A stretch of DNA of 64,000 nucleotides, taken from contig CAZMOM010000004.1 of assembly GCA_964568075.1 (NCBI GenBank), forward strand, positions 89,227 to 153,226. Reading direction: 5' to 3'. Positions within the stretch are counted from its first letter, which is position 1. Each line of letters begins with the position of its first letter. Shown in pieces: positions 27,967-41,607 of this stretch. The position numbers and the translations under genes were made by a program. This DNA is from an uncultured Gammaproteobacteria bacterium. GTDB taxonomy: Bacteria; Pseudomonadota; Gammaproteobacteria; Steroidobacterales; MnTg04. The notes below the pieces were generated by a model, which was not told the DNA's origin, searched no databases, and was given only the letters and a program-made list of their open reading frames with translations.

Positions 27967-29544
27967 GTGATAAAAGTTATCCATCGTGTTCTGGCGGCTA
28001 TCGGCGCATTCGTGGTCGTGGCGGTCATTACCGTATGGGGGTTTTCGCACTGGCAGAATTCAGGTCGGGCCAACGCGAGCGATAGCCAGTCATACGCCGG
28101 CGAAGACGCGGCGCCGGAATTTCCATCCGGTATGGACTGGCTGAATACCGGGGGGCGCGAGTTGAGCATCGAGCAGTTGCGCGGCAAGGCTATCCTGCTC
28201 GATTTCTGGACTTACGGATGTGTCAACTGCCTGCATATAATTCCGGACCTCAAGCGACTCGAAAAAAAATATGCCGAAGAACTGGTCGTTATCGGCGTTC
28301 ACTCGGGAAAATTCGAGCGTGAATCGACAACCGCCGGGATCCGGCGTTTCGTTCAGCGCTACGAGATCATCCACCCGGTTGTTAACGACGGCAAATATCG
28401 AATCTGGAACGATTTCGATGTGCGCGCCTGGCCGACGCTCGTCGTGATCGATCCGGCGGGCAAGCTCGTAGGCAGTGTGTCCGGCGAAGGTCATTATCAA
28501 TTGCTCGACACGATTATTGGCAGTCTGGTCAACGAATTTGAAATCGACAGGTCTTCTTTGAACCTGGTAGCCGAAGCACGGCCGACCGGCGTGCTCAGTT
28601 TCCCGGGCAAGGTGTTGGCGGACCCGGACGGCAGCCGGTTGTTTATCGCCGATACGGGGCACCATCGTCTGATCATCACCGATCTGGCCGGTGAGGTTCA
28701 GGCGGTGATCGGTAGCGGTACGGCGGGCTTTGCAGACGGCAGTTTCGCCGATGCGCAGTTTCGCCTCCCGCAGGGCATGACCCTGCTGGACCAAAACACG
28801 CTGCTGTTGGCGGATACCGAAAATCATGCGCTACGCCAGATCGATCTTGAATCGGAGACGGTGTCGACGATTGCCGGCAATGGGCAACAGGCTTATCTTT
28901 TTGAAGATGAAGCCGGCGCCGAAAGCATGCTCAATTCTCCATGGGACCTGCTGAATGTGGACGGCACTATTTTCGTTGCGATGGCGGGACAACACCAGAT
29001 CTGGAGCCTCGACCCGGACAGCGGCCGCCTGAAGGCATTCGCCGGATCGCGGCGCGAACAACTGAAGGATGGGAAGCTGCTCTCGGCAGGCCTCAATCAA
29101 CCCAGCGGGCTGGCAAGCGACGGCGACAACCTCTACATCGCGGACAGCGAGGCCAGCGCGATTCGAAAGGCCGACCTCGACCCCGATGGCAGGCTGATTA
29201 CGCTGATTGGCACCGGGCTTTTCGATTTTGGTGATGTGGACGGCCGCGGGCGCAGGGTGAAATTGCAACACCCGCTGGGCGTCGCCTGGCATGACGATAT
29301 GCTCTACATCGCCGATACCTACAACAGCAAAATCAAACGTCTGGACCCGGATAGCCTTAAGGTGAAAAGCCTGACGCCCGGCGCGCCGACTCTGGACGAG
29401 CCGGGCGGCCTGAGTATTGCGGCCGGGAAGATCTATATCCCTGATACCAACAATCACCGTGTTCGAATTCTCGACCTGGCGACGCAGAAACTGGTGGATT
29501 TTTCACTGAGAGATCCCAAAAAGCTGTTGTCGGGAAGTGAATGA
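27967..29544 (+). CDS. membrane-anchored thioredoxin-like (redoxin) domain protein with C-terminal NHL beta-propeller repeats
   Basis: N-terminal TM helix and a Trx-fold block LLDFWTYGCVNCLHIIPDL. Repeated NHL-type units follow (P.G...D......L.IADT.NH.(L/V)R). Confidence 0.8.
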   Translation: MIKVIHRVLAAIGAFVVVAVITVWGFSHWQNSGRANASDSQSYAGEDAAPEFPSGMDWLNTGGRELSIEQLRGKAILLDFWTYGCVNCLHIIPDLKRLEKKYAEELVVIGVHSGKFERESTTAGIRRFVQRYEIIHPVVNDGKYRIWNDFDVRAWPTLVVIDPAGKLVGSVSGEGHYQLLDTIIGSLVNEFEIDRSSLNLVAEARPTGVLSFPGKVLADPDGSRLFIADTGHHRLIITDLAGEVQAVIGSGTAGFADGSFADAQFRLPQGMTLLDQNTLLLADTENHALRQIDLESETVSTIAGNGQQAYLFEDEAGAESMLNSPWDLLNVDGTIFVAMAGQHQIWSLDPDSGRLKAFAGSRREQLKDGKLLSAGLNQPSGLASDGDNLYIADSEASAIRKADLDPDGRLITLIGTGLFDFGDVDGRGRRVKLQHPLGVAWHDDMLYIADTYNSKIKRLDPDSLKVKSLTPGAPTLDEPGGLSIAAGKIYIPDTNNHRVRILDLATQKLVDFSLRDPKKLLSGSE

Positions 29545-30176
29545 CGCTGGTGGGAAAATTGCGCCGCGGCCTGGATCAACTGGATATGCAGTTGCCGGCC
29601 GACGACGAGTCAAAGCTGATCGCGTTCCTGGAATTACTAAATCACTGGAATCGCAGTTTTAACCTGACGGCAATACGCGAACCCGGGCAGATGGTCGCGG
29701 CTCATTTGCTCGACAGTCTCATTATTCGGCCATGGCTTGTCGGCAGCCGGGTACTCGATGTCGGCTCAGGCGCGGGACTGCCGGGTATCCCCCTGGCGAT
29801 CGCTGAACCTGAACGGTTTTTCGTTTTACTGGACAGCACCGCGAATCGCTGCCGTTTCCTGACTCAAGCCTGCCTCGAACTCGATCTGAAAAACGTACAG
29901 GTAGAAAACCATCGCGTTGAGGATTATCTTGTGTCGCCAGACCAGGCGCCCTCATACACAACAATTACCGCGCGGGCATTTTCCAGTCTGGACAAATTTG
30001 TCGCGTCGGCCGGCCGGTTGCTGGCCGCCGACGGCAGATTGTTGGCGATGAAGGGCAGGCTGCAGCATGATGAGATGAAAGCGTTGCCAGCGGGCTGGCA
30101 AATCGAAAGTATTGAAAATCTGGTCGTTCCGGGACTGTCTGCGGATCGACACCTGCTGATCGTGACGCGGCAGTAA
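29541..30176 (+). CDS. rsmG: 16S rRNA (guanine527-N7)-methyltransferase RsmG (GidB)
   Basis: WNRSFNLTAIREP, the SAM motif VLDVGSGAGLPGIPLAI, and a position upstream of parAB. Confidence 0.92.
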   Translation: MTLVGKLRRGLDQLDMQLPADDESKLIAFLELLNHWNRSFNLTAIREPGQMVAAHLLDSLIIRPWLVGSRVLDVGSGAGLPGIPLAIAEPERFFVLLDSTANRCRFLTQACLELDLKNVQVENHRVEDYLVSPDQAPSYTTITARAFSSLDKFVASAGRLLAADGRLLAMKGRLQHDEMKALPAGWQIESIENLVVPGLSADRHLLIVTRQ

Positions 30177-30198
30177 GAACAAGGAATCAGGAATTCTG

Positions 30199-31032
30199 AT
30201 GGCAAGAATTATCGCGATAGCGAATCAGAAAGGCGGCGTGGGCAAGACCACGACCGCGGTGAATCTTGCCGCCTCGCTTGGCGCAACCCGGCGCCGGGTT
30301 CTGCTGGTGGACGTCGACCCGCAGGGCAACGCAACGATGGGTTCGGGCGTCGACAAGTACAGGCTGGAGGCTGGGACCTATGAAGTCCTGCTCGGCGAAT
30401 GCGCGGCGAAGGATGCGCTGCTGACGCTCGCAGAAGCCCGCTTCGATCTGCTGCCCGGTAATGAGGATCTGACCGCCGCGGAGGTCAAATTGCTCAACGA
30501 GTTCGGCCGCGAGCTGAAGTTACGCAAGGTTCTGGAACCGATTGCCGACGATTACGATTACGTTATTATTGACTGTCCACCATCGCTCAACATGCTGACA
30601 GTTAACGCGCTGACGGCGGCGAACAGTGTCCTGATACCGATGCAGTGCGAATATTACGCGCTGGAGGGACTGACCAGCCTGGTCGGCACGATCGAGCAGA
30701 TTCGTGAAACCGTAAATCCCACGTTGCGCATCGAGGGTGTGCTGCGCTGCATGTTCGATCCGCGAAACAACCTTGCCAACGATGTTTCGGCCCAGTTGAT
30801 CCTGCATTTCAAGGACAAGGTATTTCGCACCGTGATCCCCCGCAATATAAGGCTGGCGGAGGCGCCGAGCTTCGGCATACCGGTGCTTTATCATGACAAG
30901 CATTCGCGTGGCGCGATGGCGTATTTGGCGCTGGCCGGGGAAATTATCCGGCGGCGGGAAAGGCGTCTGGCGATGGCGAATACGGCCTTGCAGCCCGTTG
31001 AAAAGTCCTCGGCCGGCACAATACGGCGTTAA
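30199..31032 (+). CDS. parA: chromosome partitioning ATPase ParA (Soj)
   Basis: Deviant Walker A NQKGGVGKTTT, IIDCPPSL, and RLAEAPSFG. Confidence 0.93.
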   Translation: MARIIAIANQKGGVGKTTTAVNLAASLGATRRRVLLVDVDPQGNATMGSGVDKYRLEAGTYEVLLGECAAKDALLTLAEARFDLLPGNEDLTAAEVKLLNEFGRELKLRKVLEPIADDYDYVIIDCPPSLNMLTVNALTAANSVLIPMQCEYYALEGLTSLVGTIEQIRETVNPTLRIEGVLRCMFDPRNNLANDVSAQLILHFKDKVFRTVIPRNIRLAEAPSFGIPVLYHDKHSRGAMAYLALAGEIIRRRERRLAMANTALQPVEKSSAGTIRR

Positions 31033-31076
31033 GAATCGGTTCAAAATGCTTATGTACTGGCGTGTACACTGCGCTG

Positions 31077-31179
31077 CCGGGGCAGGACACCCAAATGCCG
31101 CGGAGCCCAGGGACGGGCGAGAGCGGCGCCGGGCAGGACACCCAAATGCCGCGGAGCCCAGGGACGGGCGAGAGCGGCG
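31077..31179. repeat. two tandem copies of a ~52-bp unit in the parA-parB intergenic region
   Basis: cc(g)gggcaggacacccaaatgccgcggagcccagggacgggcgagagcggcg occurs at 31077-31128 and again at 31129-31179. The copies are identical apart from one extra g in the first. Confidence 0.9.
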
Positions 31180-31285
31180 TCTCGCCGATTCTTGCCTTGT
31201 CTCGCGCTCGCCTGAGGACTTTTCAACAGGCTGCTAGATGTGATTATCTTGTTTACAATTGAGAAAACCGGAAGGGAATGACTTG

Positions 31286-32143
31286 ATGTCGGCAAAACGG
31301 AGAGGTCTCGGGCGCGGTCTTGATGTGCTGTTGAGCGGCGCCGCGCCAGCGGGTGGTGATGGTGAGAACCTGCGATTGCTGCCGATCGACCTGGTAAAGC
31401 CCGGACGATTCCAGCCGCGTCAGGACATGCGCGAGGACACATTGAAGGAACTGGCCGATTCGATTCGCGCGCAGGGCGTGGTGCAGCCGATCGTGGTCCG
31501 GCCGCTGGGCGATGGCGAGCAGTTTGAAATTATCGCAGGCGAGCGCCGCTGGCGTGCGGCACAAATGGCCGGGCTACAGGAAATCGCTTCCGTCGTGCGG
31601 CAGATTCCGGACCACGCCGCCATCGCATTGGCGCTGATCGAGAATATCCAGCGCGAAGACCTGAATCCGCTGGAGGAGGCGGGTGCGCTGGACCGACTGA
31701 TTCGCGAATTCGACATGACGCACCAGCAAGCCGCCGAGGCTGTCGGTCGCTCGAGAGCGGCAGTCAGTAACCTGCTGCGGTTGCTCGAGCTTGGCGCGAA
31801 GCTTCGCAAGTTGCTGGAATGTCGAGCGCTGGACATGGGACATGCCAGGGCTTTGCTGGGATTACCGACGCAGCGCCAACAAACCGAGGTCGGCGTGCTG
31901 GTCGCGAAAAAAGGCTTGTCGGTGCGCGAAACCGAGGCACTGGTTCGGAGCCTGTTGAGCGGAGGTAAAAAAGAGCACAAGGCGGTCCGCAAGAACCCTG
32001 ACATCGCGCGCCTGGAAAAAGAGCTGGGTGAAAAACTCGGTGCGAAGGTCAGTCTCAGCCATGGTGCCAAAGGCAAGGGCAAACTGGTCATCAGCTACAA
32101 CAGCCTCGACGAACTCGAAGGTATTCTCGGACACATTAAATAA
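31286..32143 (+). CDS. parB: chromosome partitioning protein ParB (Spo0J)
   Basis: RGLGRGLDVLL, the ParB box IVVRP......EIIAGERRWRAA, and an HTH region. ATG 31286 has the upstream RBS ggaaggga. The ORF-track start is 31259. Confidence 0.92.
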   Translation: MSAKRRGLGRGLDVLLSGAAPAGGDGENLRLLPIDLVKPGRFQPRQDMREDTLKELADSIRAQGVVQPIVVRPLGDGEQFEIIAGERRWRAAQMAGLQEIASVVRQIPDHAAIALALIENIQREDLNPLEEAGALDRLIREFDMTHQQAAEAVGRSRAAVSNLLRLLELGAKLRKLLECRALDMGHARALLGLPTQRQQTEVGVLVAKKGLSVRETEALVRSLLSGGKKEHKAVRKNPDIARLEKELGEKLGAKVSLSHGAKGKGKLVISYNSLDELEGILGHIK

Positions 32144-32279
32144 TCCCTATTTTGTTGCCAGTCTAAAAGACCACCACTATAATAGTGCGGCTTTGGGCCA
32201 CCCCCTGGGCTAAAGGCGGGCGGATGACTTTTCAGGGGGAAAACAGGACGCCACATGCCGTATTGAAAGTCCATCGGTT

Positions 32280-33600
<1,321 letters not shown>

Positions 33601-33630
33601 TCCATTGAGTCGCTATTTTTTAGTTCTTGA

Positions 33631-33927
<297 letters not shown>

Positions 33928-33975
33928 TCGGCGTAGCGTTAATCAGTTACATCAGTCCAAGACAGGAGATATCAG

Positions 33976-34446
33976 GTGGATATCAATGCGACCATTATTG
34001 GCCAGACCATAGCCATGATCGTTTTCGTGTGGTTTTGCATGAAGTTTATCTGGCCACCGATCATGCAGGCGCTGGAGGAGCGGCAACAGAATGTTGCCGA
34101 CGGAATGGCGGCTGCGGACAAGGCGCAGCAGGACCTGGCGGCGGCGGCGGAAAAATCTGCAGCTATTATCGAAGACGCCCGTGCGCGGGCGCTCGAGATC
34201 GTGGATCAGGCTCAGCAACGGGCCAATCAGGTGATGGCCGATGCGAAGAGCGACGCGGTCGTCGCAGGCAAACGGTTGGTCGAAGCGGCGCGCTCCGAAA
34301 TCGAACAGGAATCCAACAAGGCCAGAGACGGTCTTCGCGGCGAGATCGCAAACATTGCCGTCGCGGGCGCCGCCAGGTTACTGGGCCGTGAAGTGGACAA
34401 GAAAACGCATGCCGATTTGCTCGACAAGCTGGTGGCCGAACTCTAG
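33976..34446 (+). CDS. atpF: F0F1 ATP synthase subunit b
   Basis: N-terminal TM helix followed by a long charged coiled coil (PPIMQALEERQ..). Operon position. Confidence 0.93.
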   Translation: MDINATIIGQTIAMIVFVWFCMKFIWPPIMQALEERQQNVADGMAAADKAQQDLAAAAEKSAAIIEDARARALEIVDQAQQRANQVMADAKSDAVVAGKRLVEAARSEIEQESNKARDGLRGEIANIAVAGAARLLGREVDKKTHADLLDKLVAEL

Positions 34447-34469
34447 GGGTCTGACCTCGGGAGCTTGTT

Positions 34470-35006
34470 ATGGCTGAAAAAATCACGGTCGCACGTCCCT
34501 ATGCCAAAGCGGTGTTTACGCTCGCCTGCGAGCAGAACAAGCTCGCGCAGTGGTCTGCGACCCTGGGCATGGCCGCAACCGTGGTCGGTGACCGGCAGGT
34601 TACCGGATTGCTCACGGACCCGCGGGTGACCAGCACAGAACTGGCGGATCTGATCATCGGCCTGTGCGCGGACCAGGCCGATAAGCTGGCCGCTAATTTT
34701 ATCCGGGTGCTGGCTCAGTACCGCCGGCTGGATGTGTTGCCAGAAATCGTCAGCCTGTTTGCGGCGCTGCGAGCCGAATATGAAAACTCGGTGGATGTAT
34801 CGCTGATTTCATCTGCGCCTGTGGGTAAGGCTCATCGGGACAAGATCGCCAGCGCGCTGAAAAAACGGCTGGGCCGCGATGTTCGCCTGCATTGTGAGAT
34901 TGACGAAAGTCTTATTGGTGGTGCAGTGATACGCGCCAGGGATTTGGTTATTGATGGCTCGTTAAGCGGTCGCCTTGCGCGGCTGGCAACCGAGCTGACA
35001 CATTAA
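34470..35006 (+). CDS. atpH: F0F1 ATP synthase subunit delta
   Basis: 178 aa starting VARPYAKA.F, with the C-terminal IGG..IR..D.V.DGS. Confidence 0.93.
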   Translation: MAEKITVARPYAKAVFTLACEQNKLAQWSATLGMAATVVGDRQVTGLLTDPRVTSTELADLIIGLCADQADKLAANFIRVLAQYRRLDVLPEIVSLFAALRAEYENSVDVSLISSAPVGKAHRDKIASALKKRLGRDVRLHCEIDESLIGGAVIRARDLVIDGSLSGRLARLATELTH

Positions 35007-35018
35007 GAGGTTTGTTTT

Positions 35019-36560
35019 ATGTCTATCAAGGCATCTGAGATCAGCAACCTGATCAAGGAAAAAATCGAGAATTTTCAGGCCGGCGCGGAAGCCCGTGACG
35101 AAGGTACTGTGGTCACCGTGACCGACGGTATCGTTCGCATTCACGGACTGTCCAATGCCCGCTACGGTGAAATGCTCGAGTTTCCGGGCGAAACCTTTGG
35201 CATCGCCCTGAATCTGGAACAGGATTCGGTCGGTGCCGTGGTACTCGGTAGTTACCGGCACATCACCGAAGGCGATACCGTCAAGACGACCGGCCGTATC
35301 CTCGAAGTGCCCGTCGGCGAGTCTCTGCTCGGCCGCGTGGTTAACTCGCTGGGACAGCCAGTCGATGGCAAGGGGGCTATCGACAGCAAGCGCTCCGAGC
35401 CAATCGAAAAAGTCGCGCCGGGCGTGATCTGGAGGCAATCGGTAAAGCAGCCGGTGCAGACCGGATTGAAGTCGATCGACTCGATGGTACCGATCGGCCG
35501 TGGGCAGCGCGAGCTGATCATCGGCGATCGCCAGACCGGCAAGACCGCGCTCGCGATCGATACGATCATCAATCAGAAAGGCTCCGGCATTAAATGTATT
35601 TACGTGGCGATCGGACAGAAGAACTCGTCCATCGCCGGCGTCGTGCACAAACTCGAAGAGCATGGCGCAATGGCGCACACGATCGTCGTGGCCGCGCCGG
35701 CAGCCGAATCGGCGGCGATGCAGTACATCGCCCCGTATGCCGGTTGCGCAATGGGCGAATACTTTCGCGACCGTGGCGAAGATGCGCTGATCATCTATGA
35801 TGATCTGACCAAGCAAGCCTGGGCTTATCGTCAGGTTTCGCTGTTGCTACGCCGTCCGCCAGGACGCGAAGCCTATCCGGGTGACGTCTTTTACCTCCAT
35901 TCGCGTTTGCTGGAGCGCGCCGCAAGAGTCAACGCCGAGTTCGTCGAAAAAGCGACCGCTGGCGAGGTCAAGGGTCAGACCGGCTCGCTGACCGCGTTGC
36001 CGATCATCGAAACTCAGGCCGGTGACGTGTCGGCGTTCGTCCCGACCAACGTGATTTCCATTACCGACGGCCAGATCTTCCTGGAAAGTGATTTGTTCAA
36101 CGCCGGCATCCGGCCGGCCATTAACGCCGGTCTTTCTGTTTCTCGCGTCGGTGGCGCGGCGCAGACCACGATCATCAAAAAACTCGGTGGCGGCGTGCGA
36201 CTGGCGCTTGCGCAGTATCGTGAATTGGCCGCGTTCGCCCAGTTTGCATCGGATCTCGATGAAACGACCCGGAAACAGCTTGAACGTGGTCAGCGGGTTA
36301 CCGAGCTGATGAAACAGAAACAATATTCGCCGCTGACGGTCGCCGACATGGCGGTTTCGCTGTATGCGGTCAACGAAGGATTTATCGACGAAGTCGATGT
36401 GAAGAAAGTGGTGGATTACGAAGCTGCGTTGCATGCGTTCGTTCGTGCCAACCATGCAGAGCTGATGGATACCATCAACTCCACCGGCGACTACGACGAC
36501 GAGATCGCGAACGGCCTGCGCAAGGCGATCGAAGACTTCAAGGCGAACGGCGCTTACTAA
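35019..36560 (+). CDS. atpA: F0F1 ATP synthase subunit alpha
   Basis: Walker [10 protein letters not shown], plus DDLTKQA.AYRQ and PAINAG.SVSRVG. Confidence 0.98.
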   Translation: MSIKASEISNLIKEKIENFQAGAEARDEGTVVTVTDGIVRIHGLSNARYGEMLEFPGETFGIALNLEQDSVGAVVLGSYRHITEGDTVKTTGRILEVPVGESLLGRVVNSLGQPVDGKGAIDSKRSEPIEKVAPGVIWRQSVKQPVQTGLKSIDSMVPIGRGQRELIIGDRQTGKTALAIDTIINQKGSGIKCIYVAIGQKNSSIAGVVHKLEEHGAMAHTIVVAAPAAESAAMQYIAPYAGCAMGEYFRDRGEDALIIYDDLTKQAWAYRQVSLLLRRPPGREAYPGDVFYLHSRLLERAARVNAEFVEKATAGEVKGQTGSLTALPIIETQAGDVSAFVPTNVISITDGQIFLESDLFNAGIRPAINAGLSVSRVGGAAQTTIIKKLGGGVRLALAQYRELAAFAQFASDLDETTRKQLERGQRVTELMKQKQYSPLTVADMAVSLYAVNEGFIDEVDVKKVVDYEAALHAFVRANHAELMDTINSTGDYDDEIANGLRKAIEDFKANGAY

Positions 36561-36572
36561 GCGGAGTATCAA

Positions 36573-38851
<2,279 letters not shown>

Positions 38852-38869
38852 GGCAGATATGATCGAGAC

Positions 38870-39292
38870 ATGAACAAGATTGAAGTCAACATCGTCAGTG
38901 CGGAAGGAGAGATATTCTCCGGTTTTGCGAGCATGGTCTTCGCGCCGGCGCAAATGGGCGAGATCGGTATTGCGCCGCGTCATGCGCCCTTGCTGACGGG
39001 CCTGAAGCCCGGCGAGGTCCGTGTGCAGACCCCGGACGGCGAGGAGCACTTCTTTTATGTATCCGGCGGTAGCATTGAAGTACAGCCCCACCTGGTGACG
39101 ATTCTCGCGGATACTGCCCTGCGCGCCCGTGACATCGATGAAGCCGCTGCGCTGGAAGCTAAACAGCGAGCCGAGGAAGCGCTGTCCACTCAGGAAGGCG
39201 AATTCGATATCGCGCATGCGCGAGCCGAGCTCGCCCAGATCCAGGCGCAGCTCAAATCGCTGGCAAGATTGCGAAAATCCGCTAAACGATAA
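38870..39292 (+). CDS. atpC: F0F1 ATP synthase subunit epsilon
   Basis: 140 aa with a beta-sandwich and C-terminal helices. It is the last gene of the atp operon. Confidence 0.93.
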   Translation: MNKIEVNIVSAEGEIFSGFASMVFAPAQMGEIGIAPRHAPLLTGLKPGEVRVQTPDGEEHFFYVSGGSIEVQPHLVTILADTALRARDIDEAAALEAKQRAEEALSTQEGEFDIAHARAELAQIQAQLKSLARLRKSAKR

Positions 39293-39315
39293 GCTTGTTC
39301 TAAGAATAATGGTTG

Positions 39316-39341
39316 GAGGCGCTGGGGACAGCGCCTTTTTC
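39316..39341 (+). terminator. rho-independent terminator of the atp operon
   Basis: aggcgctg (39317-24), loop ggga, cagcgcct (39329-36), then a T-run. Confidence 0.75.
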
Positions 39342-39546
39342 ATAAGCGCCGTCCCTTGTCGGCACGACGCGCCTGCTATAGACGGCACTATTATCGCTCG
39401 CCGGATTCAGGGACATTTAGCCCAAACATTTAACCGGAAAAGCGTTAACGGGGTCACTGTTTTTATCCTCTCACAAGTCTACATTCGGTAACGGTTCGCA
39501 TCCGAAACGGATGCACAACTCGCATGCAATCAGACGGGAGAGAGTT

Positions 39547-39807
39547 ATGAAACAGTTTGGCGGTTTGTTGTTTATGTTCGGGGCCGGCTCCATTGTGCTT
39601 GGGTTCGTCGGTTATGAATTCAGCCTGCTGATGTGGATCGATAATTGGGGCACGGCAGTAGGGTGGGCGATTCGTGCGGCGATAATCGTGGCTGGCGGCG
39701 CATTGTGGATGCTTGCCAAGAGTAAAAAAGTCGCGCAATCCGAAACACCACCCGAGTCACACCCGGCGCACAGCCCGATGGATAGCTCAGGTAGCGAGAC
39801 CATGTAA
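39547..39807 (+). CDS. small two-TM membrane protein, unknown function
   Basis: MKQFGGLLFMFGAGSIVLGFVGY... preceded by the RBS gggagagag. The ORF-track start at 39511 is less likely. Confidence 0.5.
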   Translation: MKQFGGLLFMFGAGSIVLGFVGYEFSLLMWIDNWGTAVGWAIRAAIIVAGGALWMLAKSKKVAQSETPPESHPAHSPMDSSGSETM

Positions 39808-39852
39808 CATCCTGGATTCAAAGAGCCGATAAGGCTGGAATCTTTGATGAGT

Positions 39853-39880
39853 AAAAAGCGCTGGCAACAGCGCTTTTTTT
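39853..39880 (+). terminator. rho-independent terminator
   Basis: aaaaagcgctg (39853-63), loop gcaa, cagcgcttttt (39868-78), then more T. It lies inside the 5' end of ORF 39844..41019, so that ORF must start further downstream. Confidence 0.7.
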
Positions 39881-40017
39881 ATTGCCGCAGATTACCCCGC
39901 CGCATAGTTGCAAATGGCGCAGCCGTTAATTTTTTCGATGATTTCCCGCGGGCTCGACCCTTTCTTCTGTGTGTGATTCAATTGATCGGATGTATTCGCC
40001 GACCGGCTGGAGGTTTC

Positions 40018-41019
40018 TTGGCTAATTCGTTATCAACCCGTGAACCCCGCAAGTTGCCAGCGATCTCATTGATCGCGCTTACGTTTTTTTCTGGATTAAT
40101 GATTCTTCATTGGGCCGCGGTTGACAGCGAGCCCATCGATACGCAGCCGGACAGCGATCCCTATTTGCTGGTACTCGGCATTGCGCAGGATGGCGGCACT
40201 CCCCAGGCCGGCACCAGGGAGCATCCGGGTTGGACAGACCAGAAATTCCGGCGAAGGGTCGTCAGTCTCGCCGTGGTCGATCCGGTTACTGATGAAAGAT
40301 GGTTGTTCGAGGCGACTCCCGATTTTCGGGAACAGCTGCAGCGCCTCGACCAGCTGGCACCGGTCAGGGATCAGCCGGGCATCGCAGGCATATTTCTGTC
40401 TCACGCTCATATAGGCCACTACACGGGCCTGATGTTTCTCGGGCACGAGTCGATGGGCGCCGAGGGTATACCGGTTTATGTCATGCCGAGAATGGCGGAG
40501 TTTCTGAGGAACAACGGCCCGTGGAGTCAGCTGGTTCGCTATCAGAACATCGTGATCCGAACGCTGAACGACGACGCACCGGTGCGACTCAATGAACGAT
40601 TGACAGTTGCACCTTTCCTGGTGCCGCACCGGCAGGAATATTCGGAGGTCGTCGGTTTTCATATCCAGGGCCCAAATCGTTCAGTGCTGTTTATTCCGGA
40701 CATCGACAGCTGGGAGGCGTGGGACGAAATGGGCGTGCACATTGAAGACATGATCGCTGCAGTCGATGTCGCTTATCTCGACGGAACATTTTTCGCTAAC
40801 GGTGAAATTCCCGGGCGCGACATGTCGGGATTTCCGCATCCTTTTATCTCACATAGCATGCAACGGTTCGAAAACCTCGAAGGCAAGGAAAAGGCAAAAA
40901 TTCGTTTTATTCATCTGAATCACAGTAACTCAGCCTTGTGGCCGGACAGCGATGCTCGTGCAAGCGTAATCGGCAATGGATTTCAGGTGGCCGAAGAAGG
41001 CGAGCGCGTTGATTTTTGA
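40018..41019 (+). CDS. PqqB-like MBL-fold metallo-hydrolase, probably exported
   Basis: LVLGIAQDGGTPQAG, FLSHAHIGHYTGL and a C-terminal HLNHSN. I propose a TTG start at 40018 after the RBS ggagg. The ORF-track start at 39844 overlaps a terminator. Confidence 0.7.
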   Translation: MANSLSTREPRKLPAISLIALTFFSGLMILHWAAVDSEPIDTQPDSDPYLLVLGIAQDGGTPQAGTREHPGWTDQKFRRRVVSLAVVDPVTDERWLFEATPDFREQLQRLDQLAPVRDQPGIAGIFLSHAHIGHYTGLMFLGHESMGAEGIPVYVMPRMAEFLRNNGPWSQLVRYQNIVIRTLNDDAPVRLNERLTVAPFLVPHRQEYSEVVGFHIQGPNRSVLFIPDIDSWEAWDEMGVHIEDMIAAVDVAYLDGTFFANGEIPGRDMSGFPHPFISHSMQRFENLEGKEKAKIRFIHLNHSNSALWPDSDARASVIGNGFQVAEEGERVDF

Positions 41020-41336
41020 GACGGAGATTGTTGGTTGACATGAATTGGATGCCCTACATCTTTTGCGTGGTCGGCAGCATGATTTGCTTTCTTAACCTTT
41101 ATACATCCTTTGTCCGGCAATACTGGATAAGGTGGCGACACGATATTCCGTTTGACCAGCAACAGCACGTTTCCGGCGCGCCGCTATTCGGGTCGTTGCT
41201 CGCGGTGGCCGGGGCGTTCGCTCTACCTGACAATTCAGGACTGTTTACCCCGGTACTGCTGATTGCCTTTTTCGATACCGGTGGCCTGCATGTTTTTGCC
41301 GCGGTAATGATTTATCAGAAATTAAAGGGCCAGTAA
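41016..41336 (+). CDS. hypothetical small membrane protein
   Basis: 106-aa ORF with hydrophobic segments, overlapping the previous stop. There is no motif support. Confidence 0.35.
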   Translation: MRRRLLVDMNWMPYIFCVVGSMICFLNLYTSFVRQYWIRWRHDIPFDQQQHVSGAPLFGSLLAVAGAFALPDNSGLFTPVLLIAFFDTGGLHVFAAVMIYQKLKGQ

Positions 41337-41607
41337 ATGACGGCAGCTGCGCCAAGGCGCATCGTGTATTGGAAGTGGGCCAGCGATGTTGGTTTGAAGG
41401 AGTGCCCGGTACGGTAGTTGTTATATGCTGCGATATCGAAAGCTGTGAATTATGGTCGCGGGATTGTAGAAGAAAGAGCGGATTTGGATCCTGCGCTGCC
41501 GGCATCTGATCCGAGTCCGTCATCCAGATAACAGTGAACCTGTCGACAGCGCATAGTTGAAAAAAAGGCAGTTCGACGAATACCAATAAAAAACTATTGG
41601 AGAGAAC

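Noticed and set aside
30690-30712. A half parS-like sequence (ttcgtgaaaccg) inside parA.
   Set aside because: Only the right half of the 16-bp parS palindrome is present and the left half does not match. I found no full parS by eye anywhere in the window, but a computational scan is still needed.
30893-31442. ORFs 30893..31237 (+), 31062..31262 (+) and 31050..31442 (-) spanning the parA-parB spacer, one with the duplicated peptide HPNAAEPRDGRERR.
   Set aside because: The peptide repeat is just the translation of the 52-bp DNA tandem duplication. The ORFs overlap the parA and parB coding regions out of frame and lack start context.
39844-40017. The N-terminal 58 codons of ORF 39844..41019 (MMSKKRWQQRFFYCRRLP...).
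   Set aside because: This segment contains a strong rho-independent terminator (39853-39880) belonging to the upstream gene and has Arg/Cys-rich non-protein-like composition. A TTG at 40018 with a ggagg RBS gives a sensible exported MBL protein.
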